Of a DNA stretch of 64,000 nucleotides, positions 1 through 12,808 are shown in pieces. Both the position numbers and the translations under genes were made by a program. Position 1 is the first letter of the stretch. The number at the start of each line of letters is the position of its first letter. The notes beneath the pieces are model-generated. The model worked only from the letters and a program-made list of their open reading frames with translations. It was not told the DNA's origin and made no database searches. The stretch is from Chiloscyllium plagiosum (taxonomy: Eukaryota): NCBI RefSeq assembly GCF_004010195.1, contig NC_057751.1, forward strand, positions 6,642,863 to 6,706,862. Direction: 5' to 3'.

Positions 1-2189
1 AACCAGCCATAACCACAGTTAGTTCACAATCCTCTCAGAGATTTCGCCTCGTCTCAATCCGATTGGATTGACACCTGTGCTGAGGGCTATTTTCCTGTGT
101 TCCAGATTCCCCAGTCAGGGAAAATAAGTGCCTTCAGAATCTTCAAGTGTTCACTTTTCCAAATTTGAAGTTAGCTTCACTCTTAAACTCCTCTGCAGGA
201 ATCAATATTCCAACCACAATATTCACAGCTCTTAAAACTCATGTCCTTTTAATGTTTTTTATAGAGTGTTTTCTAAGCTCATATGAGTAACAAATTCTTC
301 AGACTTAAATCAAATGTCATATTTCACAACACGACAAGTGACTCACAGCTATTAATCATTTCCTTTCCTTTGAAAATTAGCACTCTGGATAAGTGTCAAA
401 AACTACTGAAATGTAACTTGAAAGATATGTTTCCTCTGCTGTTTTTCAATATCCCTCTGGTTTGTTTACTAAATGAATACAACCAGCCATATATGTGCCT
501 CAATGTAGTTCTCTTGAAATGATAATGCTGACAAGATTGTGGGTTTTTTTAAACTCAGAGAGGAAAGAAATACTGAAAATACACACCACGCACCTGCCAT
601 GTTGCGACACAATCATTTACAGGTGTTGTTCCCTCAGAAAGGACCTGGACTGATGGAATGCCATTCGGTTCCAATACCAGCTACAATGAATTCGTTCCAT
701 AAGGATTTATAATAGATGAACAGCAAGTTAAAACTAAGGTCACATTACACATTTGTAATTCAGGTCAATAAAGCAATTGTGGAAATCTTCAGATTAACCA
801 ATGGACCTTCATGTGAAGACTCCTTAGTTTGTCAATACATAAATAAATGATACCTATACTGCTTCCCATAAAAAGGATCGGAACACAATACAGAAATAAC
901 TATTGGTATTAGCTAAACAAGACTATTCATAAAGGTGTAGAATTTTGTCAATCACGTATGCGATGGGGAAATAAGGGCAAGACAATTAAACAGCCTCTCT
1001 CTTTACAAACTCTGGAATGCTTCTTACTGCAGATATTATCAGTAAAACTTCCAGGAAAGCTTTATGTCATTCAGTTTGCATCAAAGGATAACACACTGCT
1101 GATTGTGCTGTTCAGCTCAGTGTCCTTTGTAATCACCAGTCTGTGATTCACAAAATGTCAAAGAACTCTATGCCGAAATACATTCAAGTGTTTTAGCTCA
1201 TGAAGCAAATCAATAAGTTGAAAGCTGGCAAGTTCGTTGAGCGAAATTGGGAACAAGTAACCAATAGTCATGATTCCTATCATGACAATCCACGTGAGAC
1301 ATGAACACATGGCACAATTTATTCTCCTTTCGAGCTGTACGTTAACAAAATAAATTGTTGCCAATCATTGCGAATGCAGAAACCATAAAATATTCTAAGA
1401 AGTGAGACAGTCTGTGAACAGAGATCACCACCAAATGATAAAGCACTGATTCAGAATCTGAACCAAATGTTTGTGATTAGGAAAGCAGCTCAGGCTAGAG
1501 GTTAAATGTGAGTACAAGACAGAATGCATTTGATCTCTACCAGAGAATCATGTCCATGGAATGCTTTGGGGTTTAATAATGTTGTGATAGCCCCTGGTAG
1601 AGATCAGAAGAGTTCAGAAGAGTTGGCACAAGGACATGCTAAAGGGGCTCATTTTAACTGTTAGTAATGCCTCCAAGTTGATTGTATTGAATCTATCATC
1701 ATTCATTTTACACTCGAGCTGACTATTAAAATCAGGCCTAAAATGAGTTCCTGGTGGAGGATAATCATGACTATTTTTGTCAAAAATGATCGAACAATGA
1801 AAATGGTTGCGACATTCAGACAAGGTGAAGGTATTTTGGTGGTAAAATGGCAATCTCATGCAGCAAAGCCAAACAGCAATCTGCATGGAAAATGAAAAAT
1901 TTCACTTTGACTCAACTACTGCATAGGCACAACAGTGGGGCAAAGTAGACGTGAGTCTGAAATGTGAGTGTACTGCCCCCAATGTTGGACATGGTTCATT
2001 TCCCAGTATCACATGGATTTCTTTTGGCTGAATGGTTAGGATTTGGTACTTCCGCCACAACAACCTTGGCTTGATTTTTGATCAGGAATTGAAACATCCA
2101 AACTTTCAAAATGATCAGACAGAATAGAGTGACAGGAATTTGTTCCCAATGGTAGCAGGGGACAGGACATTGATTGAAGAGGATGATAG

Positions 2190-2470
2190 AAGAACCAACA
2201 CTGATGGGAGGAAATATTTTGTTTTAAATAGACGGTGGTTTGTAGATTAAACAAACTGACTGAGATTTGGGGGGGGCGGGGGGGGGTCATATTTATTAAT
2301 CGCTTTTAAAAGGAAATCAGAACAGCTAATTGCCTGAAAAGAATGAAATTGCAATAGGTCTGGGAAAAGATGGTTGAATTGGACTTGCTGAATTGCGGTC
2401 AGCTGACACTGACAGAACAGATTGAAAGGTCACTTTCTGTGTCAAAACCGTTGCACTATTTTACGATCCT
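2190..2470 (+). mobile_element. Old, degenerate CR1 LINE 3' end
   Basis: Degenerate CR1 tail pattern (ttttaaaaggaaat...gcaataggtctgggaaaaga...ctttctgtg...ttttacgatcct). Confidence 0.4.
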
Positions 2471-2689
2471 GCAATGCACACAATCGCATCTTCAAAGGAA
2501 CAGTATGAAAAGAAACCTCATTTATCATTTCCTTGGCTGTCCCTCAACCAATTAAATCTTTCTGGAGTATTGTTCTATTGCATGCAGTCAGATCCAGTTG
2601 ACATGTTCCAGAATTCTGACTTAACAACAAGAAAGAGAAAGTGTTGGACTTCAAAGTCAAAATGGATGATAACTTGAAGGCCATGGTAT

Positions 2690-2797
2690 ATGCAAGGAAC
2701 TGTGACTATGTTTCGGGGGCAGGATGGGGGGAGGTGTAGTCCAGGTAGCTGTGGGAGTCGGTTGGTTTGTAGTAGATGTCCGTGTTGATTCGGTCGT
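2690..2797 (-). mobile_element. Penelope-like element RT fragment
   Basis: Reverse strand translates NTDIYYKPTDSHSYLDYTSPHP, a typical PLE RT C-terminal motif. Confidence 0.7.
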
Positions 2798-2827
2798 GAT
2801 TGTCAGATCATGATTGTCAGTTTGGTC

Positions 2828-4330
2828 ATAAGAGTCGTAGAGTCATACAGGATGGAAGCAGAACCTTCAATCCAACCACTCCATGCCAACCATAAACGTA
2901 AACTAGTCCCTCCAAACATTTCTTATTCATGTACTTATAGATAAGTCTTGTAAACGCATCCACCACTTTCTCTGGAAGTTCATTCCACATGTGAACATGT
3001 GTTGGAAAAAGTTGCCCCTCATGTCTTATTTAAATCTTTCTCCTCTCAACTTAAAAATATGCTCCCCTCATCTTGAAATCCCCCACCCTCGGGAAAAGAC
3101 GTGCTATTCACCTTATGCATACCCTTCATGATTTTATAAAGCTTTCTCAGATCATACTCAAACTCCTACGCTCAAATGAAAAATGTTCCAGCCTGTCCCC
3201 ATAACTCAACCTCTCCATTCCCAGCAACATCCTGGTAAATCTTTTCTGTACACTTTCCAGTTCAATAAAAGCCATCCCTCCAACAGCATGGTCAGAACTG
3301 GACACAGTATTCCAGAAGAGGCCTCACCAACATCTGCTGCTGTGCCCGTACTAGTCTTTTTGGTCACTTCCTCAAAAAACTCAGCCAAGTTTGTGAGGCA
3401 CAATTTCCCCCGCAAAGAAACATGTTGACTATCTCTAATCATTCCTTGCCTCTCCAAATGCATGTAAATCTTATCTTTCATAATCATTTCCAACAACTTA
3501 CCCACCACCAAAGTCAGGCTCACAGGTATATAGTTCCCAGGCTTCTACTTCCATCCTTTCTTAAACAAAGGCACAACATGATCCACTCTCCAGTGGACCG
3601 GTGTCTTACCCGTAGTTATAGCTGATACAAACTTTTCTGCAGGTGGCCCTGCAATTTCCTCCATAACGTCCACTTCTATATTTTTTAAGACATCCATCAC
3701 TTTCTCTTATGTGATGTGAATTGTTTTCAAAACATCAATATTTGTTTCCTGGAGTTCTCCAGCCTCCATTTCTTTCTCCACAGTAAAAACTGATGCAAAA
3801 TATTCATATAATATCTCTTCCATCTCCTGAAATTCAACACAAAGATGATCTCTTTGACCTTTAAGGGGCCCTACTCTCTCTCTAGTTGCTGTCTTGCTCT
3901 TAATGTTCTTGTAGGATCTCTCTGGATTATCCGTGACCTTACTTGTCAAAGCCGTCTTATATCCTGTCTGTGCCCTCCTGATCTCTCTTGCTTAAAAGTG
4001 TTTCTGCACTCTTTAGGCTGTTCATGAGATTCAGTTGAACCCAGTTGTCTGCATCTGTATATGATTTTTTTTATTCTTGACTAGGACCCAATATCTTTTA
4101 TTCATCTACTGTACTCTCATTTACCAGCCTTACCTTCCACTCTCACAGGAGCAGAATGACTCTGAACTTTCATTATCACACTTTCGAAAGCCTCCCACTT
4201 ATCAGACTTCCCTTTACTAGCGATGTCTACTCTAATCAATTTAAGAACGTTCTTTCTCATACTATTAAAATTTGCCTTACTCCAATTAAAAATTTAAATT
4301 TTTACGCAAGTCATAACTTTTTCCACAACT
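2828..4330 (-). mobile_element. CR1 LINE, 3' portion with decayed RT
   Basis: ORF fragments VVGKLLEMIMKDKIYMHLERQGMIRDSQH..GKLCLTNLAEFFEEVTK and RVGPLK..EILYEYFASVFT; tail repeat (agagtc) at ~2830. Confidence 0.9.
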
Positions 4331-4337
4331 TTTGTTG

Positions 4338-6105
4338 TTATTCATTTGTGAGGTGTGCAAGCTGGCCAGCATTTATTGCCCATCACTAGTTGCCCTTGAG
4401 AAGGTGGTGGTGACCTTTCTTCTTGAACTGCTGCAGCCCACATGCTGTGGGTTGACCTACAAAGCACGCAGGGATGGAATTCCAGGATCTTGAACCAGCG
4501 ACAATGAAGGAGTGGAGATAAAATTTCCAAGTCAGGATGGTGAGTGGCTTGGAGGGGATCTTGAAGGTGGTGTCATTCCCATGTATCTGCTGCTTTTGTC
4601 TTTCTAGATAGAAGTGGTTGTGGATATAGAAGATGCTGCCTGAGGATCTCTTGTGAATTTCTGCAATGCATCTTGTAAGAGTTTTGGTGGTGGAGGCAGT
4701 GGACGTTTGTGGATATAGTGCCAATCAAGCGTGCTGCTTTGTCCAAGATGGTGTCAAACTGCTTGAGTGTAATTGAAGCTGCACCCATCCAGGCAAGTGA
4801 GAAATATTCCATCACACTCCTGACTTGTGCCTTGTGAATGATAGACAGGCTTTGAGGAGTCAAGAGTAGAGATTTTTTTCAAATTATCGCTAGCCTCTGA
4901 CCTGCTCTTGTTGCTACTGTGTTTATATGGTGAGTCCAGTTGAGTTTCTAGTTAGTGTTAACCCTCAGGATGTTTTTTGTGGGGGATTAAGGGCTACGGG
5001 GAGAATGTGGGTAGTGGAGTTGAAATGCCCATCAGCCATGATTGAATGGCGGAGTGGACTCGATGGGCCGAATGGCCTTACTTCCGCTCCTATGTCTTAT
5101 GGTCTTATGGATTTAGTGATGGTAACACCGTTGAGTGTCAAAGGACAATGGTTACATTGTCACTTATTGGTTTTGATCATCGCCTGGCATTTGTGTGGCA
5201 CCAACATTACTTGCCACTTGTCAGCCCAAGCCTGGATATTGTACCGATCTCATTGCATTTGAACATGGATTGCTTCAGTATCTGAGGAGTCATGAATGGT
5301 GCTGAGTATTCTCCAATCATTGGTGAACATCTCCACTTCTGATCTTATGCTGGAAAGACGTCATTGGTGGAGAACTGAAATTGGTTGCACTTCGGAAACT
5401 ACCCTGAGGAGATGTCCTGGAGCTGAGATGACTGACCTCCTACAACCTCAGCCATCTTCCTCTGTGCTTGGTATGATTCCAACTGCCAAAGAGTTTTCCC
5501 CCGATACTTATTGATTTCAATTTTGCTCGGGCTCCTTGATGCCACGTTGGTTGAATGCAGCCTTGATGCCAAAGTCTGTCACTCTCCTCTCACCTCTGGA
5601 ATTCAGTTCTTTTTTCCATGTTTGAACCAAGAGCTGAGTTGTCCTGGCAGAACCCAAACTGGGTGTCAGTCACTGAGCAGGGTTATTGCTGAGCAGGTGC
5701 TGCTTGATAGCTCTGCTGACGACACCTTCCATCACTTTACTGATGATCAAGAAAGGACTGATGGGGAGGAAATTGGCTGGGTTGGATTTATCATGCTTTT
5801 TATGTTCAGGACATGCCTGGGCAATTTTCCACATTGTCGGGTTGATCTCAGTGTTGTAACTGTACTGGAAACGATTGTCTCGGTAAGCACAAACCTTCTG
5901 TGCTATTGCTAGAATGTTGTCAGGGCTTGTAGCCTTTGCAGTATCCAGTATCTCCAATTGTTTCTTGTGGAGTGAATCAAAGTGGCTGAAGACTGGCATC
6001 TGTAATGCTGGGGACCACTCGAAGAGGCTGATATGGATCATCCACTTGGCATTTCTGGCTGAAGTTTGCTGCAAAAGTTTCAGCCTTATCTTTTGCACTG
6101 ATGTG
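4338..6105 (-). mobile_element. Second LINE family (CR1/L2 group) inserted into the CR1
   Basis: KAQVRSVMEYFSLAWMGAA..LDKAARLIG and KKHDKSNPANFLPISPFLIISKVMEGVV RT fragments; host CR1 resumes at ~6105. Confidence 0.85.
4981..5110 (+). mobile_element. 5'-truncated CR1 3' tail nested in the LINE
   Basis: gatgggccgaatggcc...cctatgtcttatggtcttatgg tail with tandem terminal repeat. Confidence 0.75.
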
Positions 6106-6149
6106 CTATTTTAAAACAAATAGAATTATAATCACTGGACCCAAAGTCC

Positions 6150-6241
6150 CCTGATGAAGGGCTTTTGCCTGAAACGTCAATTTCGAAGCTCCTTGGATGC
6201 TGCCTGAACTGCTGTGCTCTTCCAGCACCACTGATCCAGAA
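6150..6241 (+). mobile_element. Penelope-like terminal fragment with hammerhead core
   Basis: ctgatgaagggcttttgcctgaaacgtc...ggatgctgcctgaactgctgtgctcttccagcaccac; flanked by ccaaagtcc duplication (6141-6149, 6242-6250). Confidence 0.8.
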
Positions 6242-6490
6242 CCAAAGTCCTCCCCTGCTATCACTTCAGTCACCCGTCCTGTCTTATTACTAAAAGAAGG
6301 TCAAGTTTTGCTCTTTTACATATTGACAAAAGAAAATTTTCTTGAACACATGTAACAAATTGTTCACCATCCAAATCTTTAACAGTATGGTAGACCTGGT
6401 CAAGGCTTGGAAAATAAAAGTCACCGACAATTACAAAGAACACCAATTCATATTGTTGGCCATAACTAAAATAAGTCTGCATTGTTTTAG
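6242..6490 (-). mobile_element. CR1 endonuclease remnant (continuation of 2828-4330)
   Basis: VIVGDFYFP..LDGEQFVTCVQENFL..AKLDLLL resembles APE endonuclease GDFN and LDLLL motifs. Confidence 0.8.
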
Positions 6491-8936
6491 CCCCATTTTA
6501 TGACAAGATTGGTTTGATTTGTTTGTGTCGATTTCAGGTCCTTTCATTATCTATGATCTAATTTAAATTGAGAGGAATCAAAGCAGTAAAGTGGCATTAA
6601 GCTCCTTGATAAATCTTGCACCAAATTTTAAAAACTCTTTCAGAAAAATGTTCTTCCACCGGCGCCTTCTCAGCAGGTAAAATGCAAAGCAAAGCAACAA
6701 GGAAGATTTCTGGTGTGAGAAAGATTAGCTCTCAGGAATTAATAGGTCAAGTTAGATTAGTCAGCTTCAAAAAGAAATATGATAGATGGAATGGGTTTGT
6801 TAATGACACAGATCAGAGTACCAAGGTATTTACAAACATTGTTTGCTTTTAATTCTGAAATCTGATATTTTACTTCTTATACAAGAGGACTGCATTAGGA
6901 AAAGAAAACTGTAGATGTAAATTCAGTGACCATAAGATAATGAAATAAATGAGCATAATTAGGCCATTTGATCCATCATATCTGTTCCACTATTCATCAT
7001 GGCTGATATGTTAATCAAACCATTCTCCTGGGCTGTCTCCATGTAACTTCTGATTCCCTCAATAATCAAGAACCCATCCCTTCTGAAATACACTCAATGA
7101 CTTGGCCTCCACAGCCTTCTGTGGCGATGAGTTGCACAGATTCACCACTCTCTGCCTGAAGAAATTGCTCCTCGTCTCCATTCTAAAGGGCCGTCCCATC
7201 ACTCTGAGGCTGTGCCCTCAAGTCCTAGTCTCTCCCATGAGTAGAAACATCTTCTCCATAACCACTTTATCCAAGCCTCTCAGTGTTCTATTTGTTTCAA
7301 TGAGNNNNNNNNNNNNNNNNNNNNNNNNNNNNNNNNNNNNNNNNNNNNNNNNNNNNNNNNNNNNNNNNNNNNNNNNNNNNNNNNNNNNNNNNNNNNNNNN
7401 NNNNNNNNNNNNNNNNNNNNNNNNNNNNNNNNNNNNNNNNNNNNNNNNNNNNNNNNNNNNNNNNNNNNNNNNNNNNNNNNNNNNNNNNNNNNNNNNNNNN
7501 NNNNNNNNNNNNNNNNNNNNNNNNNNNNNNNNNNNNNNNNNNNNNNNNNNNNNNNNNNNNNNNNNNNNNNNNNNNNNNNNNNNNNNNNNNNNNNNNNNNN
7601 NNNNNNNNNNNNNNNNNNNNNNNNNNNNNNNNNNNNNNNNNNNNNNNNNNNNNNNNNNNNNNNNNNNNNNNNNNNNNNNNNNNNNNNNNNNNNNNNNNNN
7701 NNNNNNNNNNNNNNNNNNNNNNNNNNNNNNNNNNNNNNNNNNNNNNNNNNNNNNNNNNNNNNNNNNNNNNNNNNNNNNNNNNNNNNNNNNNNNNNNNNNN
7801 NNNNTGTATTCCAGCCCTCTTAAAATGAATACTAACAGTGCATTTGCCTTCCTAGCTGCCAACTGATCGTGCATGTTAACCTTACTTACAGTATTCCAGG
7901 TGCAGTCTGACCAGAGCCTTAGGCAGCCTCTCAACATCTCTGCTCTTGTATTCCAGCCCTCTTAAAATGAATATTAACAGTGCATTTGCATTCCTAGCTG
8001 CCAACTGATCGTGCATGTTAACCTTAAGTGAACCTTGAAGTGGGACTCGTAAGTCCCTTTGTGCTTCAGGTTTCCGAAGTCTTTCCCCACTTAGAAAACA
8101 GTCTACACCTCTACTCTTCCTACCGAAGCACATAACCTCACACTTTCCCATATTGTATTCCAAGTGCCATTTTTTGCCAGTCCCTTAAGCCTGTCCAAGT
8201 CCTACAACCTCTCCTGCTAAATACTACCTGTCCCTCCATCTACCTTTGTGCAATCTGAAAACTGAGCTCTCTGCATTTTGCCATTCAGCGAATCCTCTAT
8301 CCATGTTCATACCTTGTCCCTAATACCACGGGCTCTTACGTTATTTCGCAGTCTTCTGTGTAGCAACTTGACAAAGGTCTTCTGGTAATCCAAGTAGATC
8401 ATGTCCACTTGCTCTACTTTGTCTAACTTGCTCATTACCTTCACAAAGAACTAGAACAGGTTTGTCAGGGATGACCTCCCATTGATGAAGCCATGCTGAC
8501 TCAACCCTGCTTTACCATGCACTTCCAAGTACTCTGCAATCTCATCCAAAATAATAGATCCTAAAATCTCATCCATGACTGAGGTCAGGCTATCTGGCTT
8601 ATAGTTTCCTGCCTCTGCCTCTCTCCCTTCTTAAACAGGGGTATTACATTTGTCATTTTCCAGTCCTTTCGGATCCTGCATGACTACAGTGATTCCTGAA
8701 AGGTCACCATCAACGCCTAACAATATTCTCAGCTAGCTCTTTCGGAACACTGGACTACAAACCATCTGGTTTGGGTGATTTATCCAGCTTCATACTTCTG
8801 GTCTGCCCCACACCTTCTCCTTCGTGATGACCACTCTATTTACCTCTGCCCTCTGACTTGTTTGAAGTTGCGGTATGCTACTGGTGTCTTCCACTATGCA
8901 GACTGACACAAAGCACCTATTCTATTGTGGTGTAAT

Positions 8937-9267
8937 GGGGAGCACAGTGGCTTAGTGTTTAGAACTGCTGCCTCATAGCGCCAGGACCCAGGTTCGATTC
9001 CACGTTCGAGTGACTGTATGGAGTTTGCACATTCTCCCCCATCTGTGAGGGTTTCTTCCGGTTGCCTTCCATTGCCCAAAGATGTGCAAGTTTGGTGGAT
9101 TGGTCATGGTAAATTGCCCATAATATCCAGGGATATGCAGGCTTGGTGGATTAACCATGACAAATGCAGGGTTATGGCGATGTTCTGGGTGGGATGCTCT
9201 TCAGAGAGTCAGTGTGGTCTTGATAGGTCACACGGCCTGCTTCCACACTGCATGGATTCTATGATTC
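8937..9267 (+). mobile_element. HE1-type tRNA-derived V-SINE
   Basis: A/B-box head (cagtggcttagtg...ggttcgattcc), V-domain (ggagtttgcacattctcccc), CR1-like tail (attctatgattc). Confidence 0.85.
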
Positions 9268-9467
9268 CTCCATCATTTGTTAATTCCCCATTACGAATAC
9301 TCCTGTTTCATTTTTCAGCTGTCCAATGTCCACTCTTACCTCTGTATTTGCTTTGAGACATCAAAATAAAAATTCTTAAACTTTTATAAGAAAGCTGCTG
9401 TTACACTTGAGAGGGTGCAGAAAAGATTTACAAGCATGTTACCAGGACTGGAGGGTTTGATCTATAG

Positions 9468-10175
9468 TGTTTCAATATGAGGTAAACGCCTCTGTTAATT
9501 TTAAACCAGCAACACTGAAAAGTTTTATCTGTGCAGTAATCTGAGAAAATTTGAGAGGCCAAGAACTGTTAAAGTAAAAAGTAGCACCTTTATTTCTTAA
9601 AGTATAACAGAGAACAATTAGCTAACAACTATTTACAACTCCTTCCTCTAACCTATCTTTTACCTTTCCCTCTACAATAGTAGCCCGATAAACCCCCAAT
9701 TAAGATTTACTGAAAAATTCAAGTTTCAAAACTAACCAGCTGTTGAATCTTCTCTTGGTGTCTTCCTCTATAGATTTTCTTCTTCTTTGGGATTTCTGTT
9801 TCATAGGTCACTGATCGATAAAGGTACCTTTAAGAGAGCTATTCTGCAGGCAGTCTGTATATGTTGGTGGCTTGGCAGTTATCCTCCAACTGCTCTATTT
9901 TTCCTGGTCTTATACCCCAAAGCATCAGATTGTTTCATTGGTGTTAATATTGCCAAATACCAAATTCAAACTTGATTGGAGTTTGGTATTTTGGGGCATA
10001 ATTTAAAATGATTGGCTGAATTTGAATTTTTTTTTGTCTCAAGGAAACCCAGCCAATCTCGCTGTTCGACAAAGTGTTACATTGTATCTAGTTCAGAACA
10101 CTTTGTACTATGTCAGATAGTTTTGCTAGCTTTTAATTCTCTTTAAGTTACAGTACACCTTACACCTTCATAACA
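9468..10175 (-). mobile_element. Solo LTR, family A (708 bp)
   Basis: TG...CA ends, 4-bp TSD ATAG (9464-9467, 10176-10179); similar to 19300-20078. Confidence 0.8.
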
Positions 10176-10290
10176 ATAGTGATGGGCTGAATAGGCTGGG
10201 ACTTTTTTCCCTGGAGTGTCAGAGACTTGAGGGTTGACCTTTCAGAAGTTTATAAAATCTTGAGGAGCATGCTTAGGGTGAATAGTGTTA

Positions 10291-10413
10291 TGGGGCGAAA
10301 GTGAGGTCTGCAGATGCTGGAGTGAACGGCTTTTGCTTGAAACGTCGATTTTCCTACTCCTCGGATGCTGCCTGACCTGTTGTGCTTTTCCAGCACCACT
10401 CTAATCTTGATTC
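10291..10413 (+). mobile_element. Penelope-like terminal fragment
   Basis: gtgaggtctgcagatgctggag...gaaacgtcgatt...ggatgctgcctgacctg; 12-bp duplication tgaatagtgtta (10279-10290, 10414-10425). Confidence 0.75.
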
Positions 10414-10759
10414 TGAATAGTGTTAAGCCAGACCCATCAAAACATGTCAAAGATGGGCCAGACCCTAACTTTTCTAGCTGTTTTAAGTGGGTGTAGAAGT
10501 GGATATTCCAGGAGTAATGCACCTGGTCAAACCACTCAGTTTTAAACAAAATGGAATTTATTTACAGACTACTGAATGTAACATGAACAAAAGAACCAAA
10601 TTTAGAACAACCTAACCTATCTGAAAACCCAACCGACACAAAATCACAACTTAACAAAGAGCTGTTCCAAATACCTGAAACATCCCATAATACACCCCTT
10701 GGCAAAAAGATAAATTTAAACACAGGTTCTTATAGGGGAGAGATTGTAGTGAGAGAGAG

Positions 10760-10970
10760 TTCTCCCCGTGTCTGCGTAGGTTTCCTCCGGGTGCTCCGGT
10801 TTCCTTCCACCATCCAAAGATGTGCAGGGTCAGGTGAATTGGCCATACTAAATTGCCTGTAGTGTTAGGTAAGGGGTAAATGTAGGGGTATGGGTGGGTT
10901 TCGCTTCGGCGGGTCGGTGTGGACTTGTTGGGCCGAAGGGCCTGTTTCCACACTGTAATCTAATCTAATC
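10760..10970 (+). mobile_element. 5'-truncated HE1-type SINE
   Basis: tctccccgtgtctgcg..ggtttcctccgggtgctccggt...ccacactgtaatctaatctaatc. Confidence 0.9.
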
Positions 10971-11320
10971 AGGATCAGCATGGAATGCTTCTTTAGGCCC
11001 CCAGCTAAAACTTGACCAGCAGCTTCAACTAGACTAGCCTGCTAAAATCCAAGACAAACCAAATCAGAAAAAAAAACCTTGAACTGGGAGAACTGGCCAC
11101 TCCCCTTTCATTGTACAAGTGTTTATTTGAAAAAAACACTTAAATGCATTTTCAAGTAAATATTTCTAGACATATCGGAACCCCTGCCTTTACGATCCCT
11201 CTGAGAAAGAAACAAAGACAACATTACCTTGTTAAAGGAGCATCATCATCGCAATAGTGAAGGTCTTCTTCCAAGATTGGGGATTCCAAAACTAGAGGGC
11301 ATAGGTTTACAGTGAGAGGG

Positions 11321-11535
11321 TGAAACACTCTAAGGCAGGAGGTATCACATCACCAAGTCACCTTTTATTTACATGTACACAGTATATTAACACTGACTAA
11401 CTTGCTTAGAGTCCCGAGACTGAGGAGGCTCTCTGAATTTTCTGTTATATCTGTGATCCAGGTTCTGATAGGCCCAGGTTAACAACCCCAGTCAGGGAAC
11501 TCGTTGTCCACCATGCCCTCATTCTAAGCACTACA
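11321..11535 (-). mobile_element. Short solo LTR, family C (215 bp)
   Basis: TG...CA ends, flanks gaggg/aaggg, AATAAA on the minus strand; homologous to 62551-62775. Confidence 0.7.
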
Positions 11536-12808
11536 AAGGGAAAAGATTTAAAAGGGACCTAAGAGTCAACTTTTTCACACAGAGGGTAGTGCTTGTATGG
11601 AATAAGCTGCCAGAGGCAGTGGTGGAGGCTGTATAATTACAAATTTAAAAGGCATCTAGATGGGTCCGTGAATATGAAGGATTCAGAGGGATATGGGCCA
11701 AGTGTTGGCAAATGGGTCGAGATCAGATTGGTACATTTGGTCAATGCGGATGATTTGGACTGAAGGGTCTGTTTCCATGCTGTATGACTCTTTGACTCTA
11801 AATATTCTTTTATCATACTTACTCACTTATTCTCACATTTCATCTTCTCTCCTGCTTACTGCGTTTTTATTATCTCTTGCTGGTCTTTAAAAGCTTCCTA
11901 ATCCTCTGGTTTCCCACAAAACCTCACCAGATTGTATACTTTTCATTTTGCTTTGATGCTGTTCTGACTTCCCTTCTCCACCATGGTTGCCTCATCCATC
12001 CCTTCATATATTTCTTCTTCTTTGGGATGAATTTTTTCTCTGCTTCTCATATTAGCCCCAGAAACTCCTCCAATTGCTGCTCCACTGTTGATCCTGCTAG
12101 CTTGCTCCCCCCCGCCCCCCTCCACCTCTTCCAATCAACTTCCAGTTCCTCCCTCATGTCTCTGTAGTTACCTATGTTCACGGTGACTGACAAGATCTTG
12201 TCAAGTCCGTGGAATTTCAGACTTATGAAATGTCAGAGAAATGTGATATATAGAGAGTGTAAACAGAGAAATAAGAAGAAACTGAGAAAAATTTGCTCAT
12301 CAGAAAGCCACTCCTTGCACACTTCTCTGTGTTACCCTCCAGGAATATCCAAAATAGGGATGAGAAACTGATTGTAACACTAACATGTGTGCTTTCAGCC
12401 AAATGTCCTGGAGTATTGATGAGACTGCTATGAGGGCGCAGTTTTGAGAAAAGCAGTTTTAAAAACCCCTGCATTGCAGGTAAAACAAAAGACCATGCAT
12501 CACCCTGAATCCTATAATTTATGCTTGAAAGGAACCAGAACAACAGAATTCACACCAACCTATGAAATGAAGAATGGTGAAATCAATTGCTCAGCTGCCA
12601 ACTCTGTTGTTGCCAATAGAGCTACAATGTTTTTGTGTACTTTATGAACAATTCAGTAGCTGATTGATTTGCTTTTTCCCCTTTATGACTTACTACCTCA
12701 TTCCATTTTGTGTATGTGTGTTATGTTGCTATTTACTCTTGTGTTGAGTACTTAATAGATTCTTTTTTGTTGTTAATTTAAGAAAATCTGGTTAATTTGG
12801 CTCCTTTT

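Larger units (their letters stand above)
10286..11253 (-). mobile_element. Solo LTR, family B (contains PLE fragment and SINE)
   Basis: TGTTA...CATCGCA ends, TSD ATAG (10282-10285, 11254-11257); homologous to 45504-46040. Confidence 0.8.
9386..11800 (+). mobile_element. CR1 3' fragment interrupted by three solo LTRs
   Basis: CR1 3' sequence (agggtgcagaaaagatttacaag...gactctttgactcta) is continuous once 9468-10175, 10286-11253 and 11321-11535 are removed. Confidence 0.85.
6930..12172 (-). mobile_element. CR1 LINE (pieces 6930-8936, 9268-9385, 11801-12172) hosting nested insertions
   Basis: MEYNMGKCEVMCFGRKS..QRDLRV..ANALLIFILRGLEYKSRDV..LVRLHLEYC RT C-terminus; 3' tail at ~6930; sequence resumes after each insertion. 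Confidence 0.85.

Noticed and set aside
7102..7937. ORFs spanning N gaps (also 39359-40832 and 50593-51859)
   Set aside because: Their lengths are artefacts of Ns; the real parts are CR1 or PLE RT.
8937..9010. tRNA gene
   Set aside because: The A/B-box region is a SINE head continuing into the V-domain; the same holds for the other SINE copies.
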